A stretch of DNA of 64,000 nt from Vulcanimicrobiota bacterium. GTDB taxonomy: Bacteria; Vulcanimicrobiota; Vulcanimicrobiia; Eremiobacterales; Eremiobacteraceae. Shown piece after piece: positions 1-9,952 of this stretch; within the stretch, counting starts at the first letter, position 1, and each line of letters opens with the position of its first letter. The notes below the pieces were generated by a model, which worked only from the letters and a program-made list of their open reading frames with translations, was not told the origin of the DNA and ran no database searches. Both the position numbers and the translations under genes were made by a program. Where the stretch lies: positions 2,240,001 to 2,304,000 of the forward strand of contig CAWETU010000001.1 of assembly GCA_963812135.1 (NCBI GenBank), in the 5' to 3' direction.

Positions 1-918
1 GGCGCCGCCGTCGTATAGCTTGATCACCGCTTGCAGCTCGCCCAGCATAAGCCCGGGATCTTTCTGGAGGATGTGCAGCGTATTGACGCCGGCCACCGCG
101 CGGTTCTGCGACATCATCTTCATCACGTCGAACTTGGGCACGGAGCGCAACTGCATGAGCACGCGCAACATATTACGCTTTGGTCCACTGACCAGATTTG
201 CGAAACCGAACGCGATCAACCGGCCGGCCGGCTTGAGCAGGCCGTAGTCTTTGCTCAGCGTGTCGCCGCCAAGCGCGTTGAGCGAGATGTCCACACCCGC
301 GCCCTTCGACAGCTGCTTCACTTCGGCGACGTAGTCTTTGGTCCGATAGTCGATGGGGTACGTGCAGCCATTCGCGCGGATAACATCGTGCTTCGCGGCG
401 GATGCGGTGCCAAACGTCACCACGTTTTGCACGGTCCGGCAAAGCTGCAACGCGGCGATGCCGACGCCGCCAGCCGCCATTTGGACGAGCACCGACTCGC
501 CGGCGCGCAGCGCACCGACATGGAACAGCATGTGATAGGCGGTGAGGTAGTTGACCGGCAGCGCGGCGCCTTCTTCGAACGACATCGAGTCGGGCATCGG
601 GAATGTCTGGCGCGCATCGACGCACACCAGCTCGCTATGCGCACCGAATTCGCAAAAGACCATCACGCGGCGGCCGATCAGATCTTGCGATGCGCCTTGG
701 CCGACCGCGTCGATCACGCCGGCGGCTTCGTAGCCGAGCACGCATGGAGTCGGGGGCGCGTCCGGATAGAGGCCTTGGCTTGCCATCAGCTCGGCGAAGT
801 TCACCCCGGCCGCGTGCACGCGCACGCGCACTTGGCCCGCCGCGGGCGCAGGGTCGGGCGATTCGCGCACTTGGAACGAGTCCGGTCCACCGTGGCCTGT
901 CAACCAAACGGCTCGCAT
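1..918 (-). CDS. VAT-1-like medium-chain dehydrogenase/quinone oxidoreductase (3' end outside window)
   Basis: Manual translation from ATG 918: MRAVWLTGHGGPDSFQVRESPDP...VRVHAAGVNFAELMASQGLYPDAP..PCVLGYEAAG, an MDR N-terminal motif; GGAG RBS; absent from the ORF track because it has no stop in the window. Confidence 0.85.
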   Translation of the reverse strand, partial: MRAVWLTGHGGPDSFQVRESPDPAPAAGQVRVRVHAAGVNFAELMASQGLYPDAPPTPCVLGYEAAGVIDAVGQGASQDLIGRRVMVFCEFGAHSELVCVDARQTFPMPDSMSFEEGAALPVNYLTAYHMLFHVGALRAGESVLVQMAAGGVGIAALQLCRTVQNVVTFGTASAAKHDVIRANGCTYPIDYRTKDYVAEVKQLSKGAGVDISLNALGGDTLSKDYGLLKPAGRLIAFGFANLVSGPKRNMLRVLMQLRSVPKFDVMKMMSQNRAVAGVNTLHILQKDPGLMLGELQAVIKLYDGGA

Positions 919-941
919 CTCGCGCTCCTGTCTGTCCTAGA

Positions 942-1925
942 TCAAAGGTTGACGCTGCTCATGTCGGCGTAGCGCTGGCCTGCGAACGCGCCGGGCGGAG
1001 CGATCTCGTCGATGCGCTTGAGGTCTTCCTTTGAGAGCGTGACGTCGGCGGCGGCGCAGTTCTCTTCTACACGGCTCCTGGTCCGCGAGCCCGGAATCGC
1101 CACGATGTCTTCCCCCTGATTGAGCAACCAGGCGAGGGCGAGCTGCGCGGGGGTTAGCGATTTCTCTTCTGCGATCTCGCCGAAATGGCTCACACGATCG
1201 ACGTTGCGCTCGAAATTCTCGTCGCTGAATCGAGGATAGCCCGAGCGGCGCACGTCGTCTGGGGCGAGCAGGGCCTTGTCGACGATCGTGCCCGTGAGCA
1301 GACCCTGCGCGAGCGGGCTGTACGCCACAAAGCCGACACCGAGCTCGCGGCACGCCGGTAGGATCTGGGCTTCGACGTCGCGCGCCGCCACCGAGTATTC
1401 GGTCTGCAGCGCAGTGATCGGATGAACGGCGTGCGCGCGCCGCAACGTCGCCGGCGATGCCTCGCTCAATCCGATGTAGCGCACCTTGCCCGCCTTGACG
1501 AGCTCGGCCATGGCGCCGACCGTGTCTTCGATCGGTGTGTTGCGGTCCAGGCGATGCTGGTAGTAGAGATCGATGTGGTCGGTTCCGAGGCGCTTCAACG
1601 ACGCATCGCAGGCCTCGTGGACGTACGCGGGCTTTCCATTGAGCCCGAGCCAGCGCCCATCAGGCGCGTGCTGATGCCCGAACTTGGTAGCGATGAAGAC
1701 TTTGTCGCGCTTGCCAGCGATGGCTCTGCCGACGAGCAGTTCGTTCTTGAACGGCCCGTACGTGTCGGCGGTGTCGAGCAGCGTGCAGCCGAGTTCGATG
1801 GCGCGATGGATCGTCGCGATGGATTCGTCGTCGTTCGCAGGTCCGTAGAACGCGGACATGCCCATGCAGCCGAGCCCCAACGCGGACACCAGCGGTCCGT
1901 TCTTTCCGAGCCGACGCTGTTGCAC
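942..1925 (-). CDS. Aldo/keto reductase
   Basis: [35 protein letters not shown] and YSPL motifs. Confidence 0.95.
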   Translation of the reverse strand: MQQRRLGKNGPLVSALGLGCMGMSAFYGPANDDESIATIHRAIELGCTLLDTADTYGPFKNELLVGRAIAGKRDKVFIATKFGHQHAPDGRWLGLNGKPAYVHEACDASLKRLGTDHIDLYYQHRLDRNTPIEDTVGAMAELVKAGKVRYIGLSEASPATLRRAHAVHPITALQTEYSVAARDVEAQILPACRELGVGFVAYSPLAQGLLTGTIVDKALLAPDDVRRSGYPRFSDENFERNVDRVSHFGEIAEEKSLTPAQLALAWLLNQGEDIVAIPGSRTRSRVEENCAAADVTLSKEDLKRIDEIAPPGAFAGQRYADMSSVNL

Positions 1926-1940
1926 TCGATCGAACCTTTC

Positions 1941-2216
1941 TTAGCCTGTGAGCCGCCAGGTCTCCGCGGCGGGATCGGCGCTGAGCAGACCGATGTCGGT
2001 CAGGATATCGAACAGCTCGCGCGTACGCTTGCGATCGTGTTTATTCGGCATGCCCTGCCACAGCATCGCGACCTGCGCGACGGTGATCGGCGCGCCCGCT
2101 ACGAGCACATGCTTGACGATGAACGCCGGCGTGAAGCCGAGCTTCTCGATGCGCGCCAGCATCTCATCGCCTTGGCCGCTCGATTTCACGCGTTCGAGCA
2201 GTTCTTGTTCAGTCAT
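1941..2216 (-). CDS. Hypothetical protein (91 aa)
   Basis: Clean ORF co-directional with the AKR gene. Confidence 0.65.
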   Translation of the reverse strand: MTEQELLERVKSSGQGDEMLARIEKLGFTPAFIVKHVLVAGAPITVAQVAMLWQGMPNKHDRKRTRELFDILTDIGLLSADPAAETWRLTG

Positions 2217-2304
2217 ATCAATGAGAACGGAGCGGGCGATCGGTCATGCCGATCGCTGCCGCTCCGCTTCGTGTACGGCGAGTCCGCCGAATGCAACCTT
2301 GACG

Positions 2305-2745
2305 CTAGTTCGGCGACGTGAGGTTGGCGCACGCCATGTAGAGGTTGAGCTGGGCTGCCGATTTGTGGACGTTGACCGAGTTACCCGTGACCTGGACCTT
2401 GCTGAGCGGTGCGCTGACGAGCGTCACTGAGTGACCCGCGACCACATCGGTCAGCGGATAGATCACGGCGCCGGGATGGGCGCAATTGCCGGTGTGCACG
2501 TGGGCGGGCTCGATCGCGCCGTTGGGCTCGCCGGTGATGGCGATCGTGACGCGCGTCTTGTTGCCGACGGCCGCCATCGTGACTGTGCCTTGCTGGGCTG
2601 ACTTATTCATGGGGTTGAACTTGAACGAGGTGCCCACTTCTTTGGGGCCGTTCTCGCTCATCGGCGGGTTCGGGCCAGCAAGGGCGATGGCCGCCGAGCC
2701 CGCGATCACCGCGAACGCGAGCAGACCGTAGGAAAACTTACGCAT
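2305..2745 (-). CDS. Secreted CHRD-like/His-containing hypothetical protein
   Basis: Signal peptide; PAHVHTGNC...VNVH...CA motif; GAGGAG RBS. Confidence 0.75.
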   Translation of the reverse strand: MRKFSYGLLAFAVIAGSAAIALAGPNPPMSENGPKEVGTSFKFNPMNKSAQQGTVTMAAVGNKTRVTIAITGEPNGAIEPAHVHTGNCAHPGAVIYPLTDVVAGHSVTLVSAPLSKVQVTGNSVNVHKSAAQLNLYMACANLTSPN

Positions 2746-2951
2746 GGAATCTCCTCTTCTTATTGCAAAAAAAGTGCCGTCGCACAGACGTGAGCACGCG
2801 ACGTTGGACGCTCACCGATGATTCGTGCAGTCTCGGCGAGCGCCCTCGTCGACTGTCCCAAGCGGGGCGTTGAAACTTTCAGCAGCTCGCTTGGTAGTCA
2901 TACATGTGAACGCACTTGGGCGGCCGGAACGTTCCGGCAAAGGAGCAGATC

Positions 2952-3053
2952 ATGACCATCCGGGAAGGCACCATCGGACTTGAATTCCCGACGATTCTGA
3001 CCCCCGACGCACAGCCGGGCGGTTTTCAGGGGTGGGGCGTGCGGATCGGCTAA
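2952..3053 (+). CDS. Small peptide, 33 aa (MTIREGTIGLEFPTILTPDAQPGGFQGWGVRIG)
   Basis: AAGGAG RBS 6 nt before ATG, GC3-rich codons, intrinsic terminator overlapping the stop. Confidence 0.55.
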   Translation: MTIREGTIGLEFPTILTPDAQPGGFQGWGVRIG

Positions 3054-3072
3054 GCGACCCGCCTTTTTTTTC
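3041..3072 (+). terminator. Rho-independent terminator
   Basis: GCGGATCG-gctaag-CGACCCGC (one mismatch) followed by a T9 run. Confidence 0.7.
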
Positions 3073-3083
3073 GAGCCGACCTT

Positions 3084-4450
3084 TTAGCTTTCAAGCAGCC
3101 GTGCAACCGCGGCACGGCGGTAGGCGAAGATCTTACGCAGGTCCGCTCGCACCAGCGGCAGCGCGAGACCGCTCAACGGGGCAAGCGGCAACGAGTACGC
3201 GACGCGATCGCGGACAAGCGTACCACCCGGATCCGCCGTAAAACTATGTTCGTGACGCCACAGCTCATACGGGCCGCGCACCTGATGATCGACGAAGCGA
3301 ACGCCCGCCTGCCAGTCGCTGATCAGCGACTTCCACTTCATCCGAATCCCGTGGACCTTTAAGCGAGTACTCCATGACGGAACCCCGGCGCAAGTCGCCC
3401 GGGGTTTTTGCATCCATATGGAAGTCGACTTCGGACGGCGTGAGTCGCGCGAGGTTGCCTGGGTCTGCGAAGAAGGAAAATATTTTTTCGAGCGGCGCTT
3501 TGACGACAAGCTCGTCCTCGAATCGCTGGATGTTCGGCTCGCGTTTTTGACCGGGCGCGAGAATATCGAGCAAAGCTTGTTCGAGCAGCTCGTGTTTGAA
3601 TCGGAAACCGGCGGATAGCGCGCGATCGGGCAACACCAGTTGGCTCGCGAGCAGCGTCGAGGCGAACTCGCCTAAGACGGTGTAGAGCGCGATGCCCGGC
3701 GCGTACGCGAGCGCTGGGCGACGAAGCACGTCGCCGATCGCGTGGGCGAGCCGCGCACTGGTGGCGACGTCGGGAGAGACCGCGTTAAATGTTCCAGATA
3801 CGTCGTTGTCGAGCGCGTAGAGAAAGAGTGCGACGTCGTCGTCCAGATGGATCCACGGCATCCACTGCGATCCATTGCCGTACGGCCCGCCGGCGAAAAA
3901 CCTGAACGGCGGCAACATCTCGTCGAGCGCGCCGCCGTCGCGACCGAGCACGATTCCCTGGCGCAAGCAGGCGATACGCAGCCCGATGGACCGCGCGCGC
4001 TGCGCCTCGCGCTCCCAGTCGACGCAGACCTTGGCGAGGAAGTCACTGCCTGGCGGGCTGCTCTCGAGCAACGGCTCGTCTTTGCGATCGCCGTAGTAGC
4101 CGGACGCCGATGCGCAGACCAGGATCCGCGGCTTTCGCGCGGCTGGCTGCGATCGAGTCGACCACCGTCCGCGTGCCCAAGACGCGCGAGTCGTAGATCG
4201 CGCGCTTCTTCTTCTCCGTCCAGCGGCCCGCGACGGTTTCGCCGGCGAGATGGACGACGGCGTCGGTGCCCTCGAACGGCGACGGGTCGGGCGCGCCCAT
4301 CGGATCGAAGCGCGCGATCTGGACGCCCTCGTCGAACCGCGCGGCTTGCGGGTTGCGAGTCAACGCGGTCACCTGATCGCCGCGCGCCTGCAGCGCGCGC
4401 ACGATCGCGTGTCCGATGAATCCGCTGGCACCGCTGACGACGACTCTCAT
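3084..4450 (-). CDS. TIGR01777 family NAD-dependent epimerase fused to a C-terminal SRPBCC domain (two apparent frameshifts)
   Basis: MRVVVSGASGFIG, HLAGE..GRW, PWIHLDD, then FVDHQVRGPYELWRHEHSF across three frames. Confidence 0.85.
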
Positions 4451-4563
4451 CGCCCTGTGGTTCGTCAAGCCGCTTGACTGGCGCTCTTGGAGCACGATGG
4501 GAAGTCCGGGAGACTGAGACGAAGGCGGCAGCCAGCCTCGGGCCAACCATGGGAGACTTGCAC

Positions 4564-5064
4564 ATGATCGGGTATGTCGTCGCGGCATTAACATTCACGC
4601 TCGCGAGCAGCGCGTTTACTGACGGCGGCACGCTGCCGAAGTCGGCTGAATTCAACCATTACGGCTGCACCGGGCAGAACGCGGCGCCTGAGTTGCATTG
4701 GTCGGCAACGCCCGCCGGCACGAAGAGCTTCGCGCTAACGATGCACGATCCGGATGCCCAGGCGCCCGGCGGCTGGTGGCATTGGGTCATGTTCAACATT
4801 CCCGTCGGCGAGACCAAGATCGATACAAAGGTGCAGAGCATGGTGATCCCATGGGTCGAGGGCACGACGAGTTTCAAGACGCCGGGCTATGGCGGGCCGT
4901 GTCCGCCACCTGGCAAGCCGCATCATTACAACTTCACGCTCTATGCGTTGGATATTTCGACTGTCTCCGGAGCGACGGGCGCGACGACGGGGCCGGAGCT
5001 GGTGAAACTGATCGAAGGCCACGTGCTCGGCAAGACGGTCTTGACAGGCTTGTATGGCCGCTGA
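4564..5064 (+). CDS. YbhB/YbcL family (PEBP) protein
   Basis: DPDA..GWWHW and YGGPCPP..HHY motifs. Confidence 0.92.
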   Translation: MIGYVVAALTFTLASSAFTDGGTLPKSAEFNHYGCTGQNAAPELHWSATPAGTKSFALTMHDPDAQAPGGWWHWVMFNIPVGETKIDTKVQSMVIPWVEGTTSFKTPGYGGPCPPPGKPHHYNFTLYALDISTVSGATGATTGPELVKLIEGHVLGKTVLTGLYGR

Positions 5065-5082
5065 GTTGGGCGAGCCGACGTA

Positions 5083-5688
5083 GTGGCTAAGAAGACGCGC
5101 ATCTACACGCGCGGGGGCGATAAAGGCGAGACCGGTCTTGTAGGCGGGCAGCGTGTCGCCAAGGACTCGCTGCGCATCCGCGCGTTCGGCGACATCGACG
5201 AATGTTCGAGCGTCATCGGTCTGGCACGCCGCGCGCTACGCGATGGTGGTGAGGCTGTCGCCGTCAGCACGCTCGATCCGTGGCTCGCGTGGACGCAAGA
5301 TATGCTCTTCAATCTCGGCAGCGACTTGGCGACGCTGCCGGCCGAGCGGCGCGCGTCGATTCCAAAGGTCACGCAACGCGATGTCGATGCGCTCGAGTCG
5401 GCGATCGACGCTGCCGAGGATCGCCTGCCGGCGCTCGATGCGTTCATCCACCCGGGCGGTTCGCAGGCCGGCGCGTTCTTGCACCTCGCGCGCGCGGTGT
5501 GCCGGCGCGCCGAACGCGACATCGTCGAGCTTGGGCGCGCCGAAACGGTCGAGCCGCTCGTGCTTGCTTACGTCAACCGTCTATCGGATGCGCTCTTCGT
5601 GTGGGCGCGTTTGATCAACTATGAACGAGGTGCGGGCGAGCACCGTTGGGACCAGGGGGCGATCCCGCCCGACGCCGCCGGACTCTAA
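5083..5688 (+). CDS. pduO: PduO-type cob(I)alamin adenosyltransferase
   Basis: IYTRGGDKGET, G.IDE, RAVCRRAER, YVNRLSDALF. Confidence 0.92.
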   Translation: MAKKTRIYTRGGDKGETGLVGGQRVAKDSLRIRAFGDIDECSSVIGLARRALRDGGEAVAVSTLDPWLAWTQDMLFNLGSDLATLPAERRASIPKVTQRDVDALESAIDAAEDRLPALDAFIHPGGSQAGAFLHLARAVCRRAERDIVELGRAETVEPLVLAYVNRLSDALFVWARLINYERGAGEHRWDQGAIPPDAAGL

Positions 5689-6790
5689 GCACTCGCTCGA
5701 ATGCGGCGATGGTCTGCGACGCGGTGACGTCCCACGTCATCTGCGCCGCGCGCCGGCGGCCGAGCTCGCGCAGATTGTCCGCGAGTTCATCTTCCGAGAG
5801 CACGAGCGCGATCGCATTGGCGAGCGCGTCGACGTCGCCGCTCGGGAAGTAGAGCGCCGCGTCGCCGCCTGCTTCGGGAATGCCGGCTGCGTCCGAGGCG
5901 ATCACGGGCGCGCCGTAGGCCATGGCCTCCAGCACCGGTAGACCGAAGCCTTCATAACGCGACGGATAGACGACGGCCTTGGCGTGCGCATATAAAGATG
6001 CAAGCACGCTTTCCGAGACGTGCCCGAGATATCGGGTGGGCGTCTTCGGCTCGCTGACCGTGCGCTCGTCTTTGAGCGGCACTTCGCTGCCGCTGTGCTT
6101 GCCGGCGATGATCAACAATGGCGGTTCCGGGATTCGTGCGAGCGCTTCTTCGAGCAGGTCGAGGCCCTTGCGCGCTTCGTTCTCGCCGACGAACAGAATG
6201 AAGGGCTCGCCGAATGGCGGCGCGCTGGGCGCGACGCGTACGGGATCGACGCCCAGATGCACGACATCGATGCGGTCCGGCTCGATGTTGAGATACTTGG
6301 CGAGCTCGCCCTTGGAGAAATGTGAATCGGTGATGATTCTTTGGGCGGTCGCGGCGGCCACCCGGAACGGGCGCTGCTCGCGCTCGCGGACTTCTTGATT
6401 GTCAGGCGGCATCGCGAAGAGCGATGCGTCGTGCAACGTCGCGATGCCGATGCCCGGTGGGATCCAGCTCATGCCGTTCCACGGGAACCACACCATATCG
6501 AACGATTTGACGGTGACGCCGTTGCGATGGATCGCCGGTATCGGCAAACCGCCGAGCTCTTGACGGTATCTCGGCGCGTGCAGCAGCGGCGGCCATTCGG
6601 GGATGATCAGCGTCAGCGCGACTTGGTCGCGTCCGTAGGCGGACCAGGCTCTGAGCAGCGCGCGCGTGTAACGTCCGATGCCGCGATGATCACCGGGAAG
6701 ATTCCAGGCGTCGACGCCAATGTGGAGAGCCACGTGTTCACCACCTCGTGCGGAGGGTGCCAGCGTTCGAGCGGGCAATTCGGACGCCAT
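5615..6790 (-). CDS. Glycosyltransferase family 4
   Basis: GIGRY, SHFS, EARKG, PSRYEGFGLPVLEAM; exact ends uncertain. Confidence 0.9.
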   Translation of the reverse strand: MASELPARTLAPSARGGEHVALHIGVDAWNLPGDHRGIGRYTRALLRAWSAYGRDQVALTLIIPEWPPLLHAPRYRQELGGLPIPAIHRNGVTVKSFDMVWFPWNGMSWIPPGIGIATLHDASLFAMPPDNQEVREREQRPFRVAAATAQRIITDSHFSKGELAKYLNIEPDRIDVVHLGVDPVRVAPSAPPFGEPFILFVGENEARKGLDLLEEALARIPEPPLLIIAGKHSGSEVPLKDERTVSEPKTPTRYLGHVSESVLASLYAHAKAVVYPSRYEGFGLPVLEAMAYGAPVIASDAAGIPEAGGDAALYFPSGDVDALANAIALVLSEDELADNLRELGRRRAAQMTWDVTASQTIAAFERVLRVRRRRAGSPPGPNGARPHLVHS

Positions 6791-7679
6791 GACCGCCGCT
6801 CCCGGTGTCGTCGCTCACATGATCGTCGGGCGACGCATCGAGCCGTATCTGGCTGATGCGCTCGCGTCGATCGCGGGCGTCTGCGCGCACGCTGTGATCA
6901 ACGACAATTCGGGTGCGCAAGGCGGTCCCAATGATAGTATCATCGGCGCAAGCGCCTTCGCACAAGACGGACGCCTGACACACTTGCGCACCGAATTCGT
7001 CGATTTTTCCACCGCGCGAAACGCGTGCATCGAGGCGACCCCGTTGGAGTTTCGGGGCGGCTGGGCGTTGTATGCTGACGCAGACGAAGTCCACGGCCCC
7101 GAGCTGGGGGACATGACAAGGCTGTTGGACCGCCTGCCGGCCGATGTGGACAGCCTGGACGGCTACTCGCGCAACTTCATCGGGTCATTCGATTATTGGA
7201 ACACGATCCACCGGCGGCTGCGCTTTTTCCGCCTGACGGCGGGTCGGCGCTGGGTGGGTGAGGTGCACGAGCGTTTGGAGCCGCTCGGCCGGCGCGAAGT
7301 CGTGCCTGCAGTGGGGGAGCATTACGGCCACGTCTGCACGCCCGCGATGGAAGTCGAGCGCGAACGGCTTTATAAATCGTTGGGCCAGCCGGTCACGCTA
7401 TTGGATAAAGCTTCTTTAGAAGAGGTCACGCCAGCGGTGGTGTGGGGCGAGCAGCTCAAGGATGCGTTGCCGTTTCGCGGCGAGCATCCGGCTGAGGCCC
7501 GTGGGACTATCGCTCGGCTGCGCGAGCAGTGGGCCGATACGTTTGCCGCGGTCTCGCGCGAGGTCGCACGCCAGACGCTCGGCGATCGGTTGCGAAACAG
7601 TTTCCGCGCGGCGAATTACGGCCGGCTTCTTCTCTTTCGCCGCATTGAGGCGCGGCTTCGCTGGGACTACAGGCCGTAA
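6789..7679 (+). CDS. Glycosyltransferase family 2-like protein
   Basis: DFSTARN, DADE, WVGEVHE, HYGH motifs. Confidence 0.8.
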   Translation: MTAAPGVVAHMIVGRRIEPYLADALASIAGVCAHAVINDNSGAQGGPNDSIIGASAFAQDGRLTHLRTEFVDFSTARNACIEATPLEFRGGWALYADADEVHGPELGDMTRLLDRLPADVDSLDGYSRNFIGSFDYWNTIHRRLRFFRLTAGRRWVGEVHERLEPLGRREVVPAVGEHYGHVCTPAMEVERERLYKSLGQPVTLLDKASLEEVTPAVVWGEQLKDALPFRGEHPAEARGTIARLREQWADTFAAVSREVARQTLGDRLRNSFRAANYGRLLLFRRIEARLRWDYRP

Positions 7680-7684
7680 ATCAA

Positions 7685-7710
7685 GGAGCGGGCTTTTGAG
7701 AACCCGCTCC
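7685..7710. terminator. Hairpin between convergent genes
   Basis: GGAGCGGG-10nt-CCCGCTCC. Confidence 0.5.
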
Positions 7711-7738
7711 ATTGTCGCGTGGGCGTTCGGATGTAGGC

Positions 7739-8212
7739 TTAGTGGCCACGGTCCGATTCGAGCGCCTCTTCGATCTGCTCCCGGCCCTGTTGCAGGCGGC
7801 CGATCGCGTCCACGCGATGTCCGCCGTAGTCCGTGTTGTCGCGCTGGAGGACATCGATGACGTTATCGATGTCTTGGCGCACGTATGCCAGGTTGGCGTC
7901 GCTGCGATTGTAGTTGTTCGCTTCGAGGGAAGGCATCGGCGCCATCGCCGTGTTGTAGTCGTGATACTTATCGTAGGTGAGCGCGACGGTGATCTGGTTG
8001 CGGCTGTCTTGGAAGGCCTCGATGGCCTTCACGCGGTGGCCGTCGTAATCGCGGTTATCGCGCTGCAGCATGTCGATGTCGCGCTCGACGTGCGCGCGAG
8101 CCCAACGCAGACTGTTGTCGCTTTGTTGCGGCCAAACTCCGGCCAGCGAGATCGAGGGGATTAAGGCGCTTAGGATGAGCGCGGTCAGAGTGACTGTTAG
8201 GGGACGTTTCAT
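7739..8212 (-). CDS. Secreted protein with two internal DY(D/G)GHRVxAI repeats
   Basis: Signal peptide, GAGGAG RBS, duplicated ~45-aa helical unit. Confidence 0.8.
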   Translation of the reverse strand: MKRPLTVTLTALILSALIPSISLAGVWPQQSDNSLRWARAHVERDIDMLQRDNRDYDGHRVKAIEAFQDSRNQITVALTYDKYHDYNTAMAPMPSLEANNYNRSDANLAYVRQDIDNVIDVLQRDNTDYGGHRVDAIGRLQQGREQIEEALESDRGH

Positions 8213-8341
8213 CGGATCGACTCCTCTTGGCATGATGCGACCGGGCGATATCCGCCCGATTCTTATCCAAGAAACGGTCAAACGATCGTCAGACGTCGCG
8301 ACGCGCCGTGAGGAGTCGATGAACGGGGCATGAAGCGCGAC

Positions 8342-8896
8342 TTAGAGAGCGCTCTTCGGTTTGACGGGCTCGAAGACCGAAGCGACCCGAATCGTGAATC
8401 CCGGCAATGCGTCGTGCGTGAAGGTCTCATTGCGAGAGAAGCTTTGCACTCCCCGGACGTCGTGCGCTTCGAATGCGTGCCGGACTGGATCCACCAGCAC
8501 GACCAGCCTGGCACCGGCGGCAAGATAGACACGGATTTTGTCTTCGATATCGGCTCGGCGGTCGCCAGGCGATACGATCTCGATGGCGACGTCCGGCGCG
8601 AGATACGGAATTTGGGCCTGTTCGCCCTGATCATGACCAAGCCGATCAAATGACAAGAAGGCGACGTCGGGTACGAGGGGACGTGTGGCTTCGCCCGGCG
8701 GCGTGACCCGAAACTCCCACTCCGAGCCGACGCGTCCTGCGCCGGCGGTCTCGGCCCAGAAAAGCAACGCAGCGCCAAACCTGAGTTGCGCGCGGGCATG
8801 CTCCTCGCGCGGGCTCAACTTTTGAAGCGCACGCCCGTTGACCCACTCGGATGCGGGTTTTGTATCGGGCACTGTGATCTCGCGGACCGTCGACAT
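8342..8896 (-). CDS. Uma2 family endonuclease
   Basis: PDVAF, APDVAIEIVSP, K..VYLAAG; TATAAT upstream. Confidence 0.92.
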   Translation of the reverse strand: MSTVREITVPDTKPASEWVNGRALQKLSPREEHARAQLRFGAALLFWAETAGAGRVGSEWEFRVTPPGEATRPLVPDVAFLSFDRLGHDQGEQAQIPYLAPDVAIEIVSPGDRRADIEDKIRVYLAAGARLVVLVDPVRHAFEAHDVRGVQSFSRNETFTHDALPGFTIRVASVFEPVKPKSAL

Positions 8897-8942
8897 TGTG
8901 ATCCCCTCATGGGGGATTATATCACGCGCGATCGCTGACGCG

Positions 8943-9527
8943 TCAATGAGTGGTCGAATGGCCAGGGTGCTTGTCTTCAGCAGCCCACGGATCGCGCAAC
9001 GGCTCGCGCTTCACGCCGCTCGGGAACGTGCCGTGGGGATGCGCCGCGAGCCACGCCCGTGCGCGCATCGCAAGGAACTCGAAATCGTGATACTGCACGT
9101 CGCTGCGGCGACGGCGCATCACCGCGATCGCCGGCTCGAGATGCTCCCAATACGCCACGACAAGACGGCTGAACATGTCCATGAACGCGTCTTCAGTGAC
9201 GAGCTGATTTTTTACGAGCGTCCCCATCTCGTTGAACCAATTGCAGGCTTTGACTTCGAGATGCGTGCGCTCGTCGATGAAGCCTGGCGCTTCGAGCTCG
9301 TTACGATAGCCCGGGTCGCGCAGTTTGAATGGCAGCTCGCGCTGGACGTAGCGGAATGCTTCCTGCAGATCGTGACCGCGAAAATCGCGTTCGAGCGACA
9401 GCACCGCGTCGAGCTGGTTGGCAGCGCGCAGGTGGCGCAGTTGGATGATCGCGGCGACGGCCGTCGCCGCGATCACTACAAACGTGCCGATCGAGCCGAT
9501 GGCGGTGAGCCACTCGGGCGACATCAA
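8943..9527 (-). CDS. Membrane-anchored hypothetical protein (DUF4760-like)
   Basis: N-terminal TM, N.FNEMG.LVK, FEFL motif. Confidence 0.7.
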   Translation of the reverse strand: MMSPEWLTAIGSIGTFVVIAATAVAAIIQLRHLRAANQLDAVLSLERDFRGHDLQEAFRYVQRELPFKLRDPGYRNELEAPGFIDERTHLEVKACNWFNEMGTLVKNQLVTEDAFMDMFSRLVVAYWEHLEPAIAVMRRRRSDVQYHDFEFLAMRARAWLAAHPHGTFPSGVKREPLRDPWAAEDKHPGHSTTH

Positions 9528-9539
9528 CGCGATCGAGCG

Positions 9540-9812
9540 CTAATGGAAGAAGTACGGATCGAGAACGCTGACTTCCGAGATCGTATCGACCGGGAGCCCG
9601 TTACGTTCGGCGGCCTTGCGGATGGCGTCCGGACTCGGACCATCGTAGATGCAATAGGTCTTCTTGTGATCCGTGGAGACGTATGAATGGACCCAGGTCA
9701 CGCCAAGATCGCCGTTCTTGTCGACGACGCTCTTGCACGCCGCGGCGCCTTCGTTCGTGGCCGGGATGAAGAGCCCGTCCTTGAACGTCCGCTCGATCAC
9801 ATATCGAGGCAT
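9540..9812 (-). CDS. DUF4242 (SCO4226-like) protein
   Basis: MPRYVIER, WVHSYVS, KTYCIYDGP, GLPVD.ISEV. Confidence 0.9.
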   Translation of the reverse strand: MPRYVIERTFKDGLFIPATNEGAAACKSVVDKNGDLGVTWVHSYVSTDHKKTYCIYDGPSPDAIRKAAERNGLPVDTISEVSVLDPYFFH

Positions 9813-9952
9813 ACAAAACCCTCCAGCAATTTCGCGCCCGGAACGCACGCACGCATTCGCGGGCCATGTAAGGGTCAATTATATCGTGCGGCGCTCCGGC
9901 TTGCAAGCCAGGGCTAGGGCTCTGAGCGCGGCCAGCCGAACCGTCGCACTCG

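Noticed and set aside
31..972. 313-aa plus-strand ORF
   Set aside because: Antisense shadow of the minus-strand MDR gene
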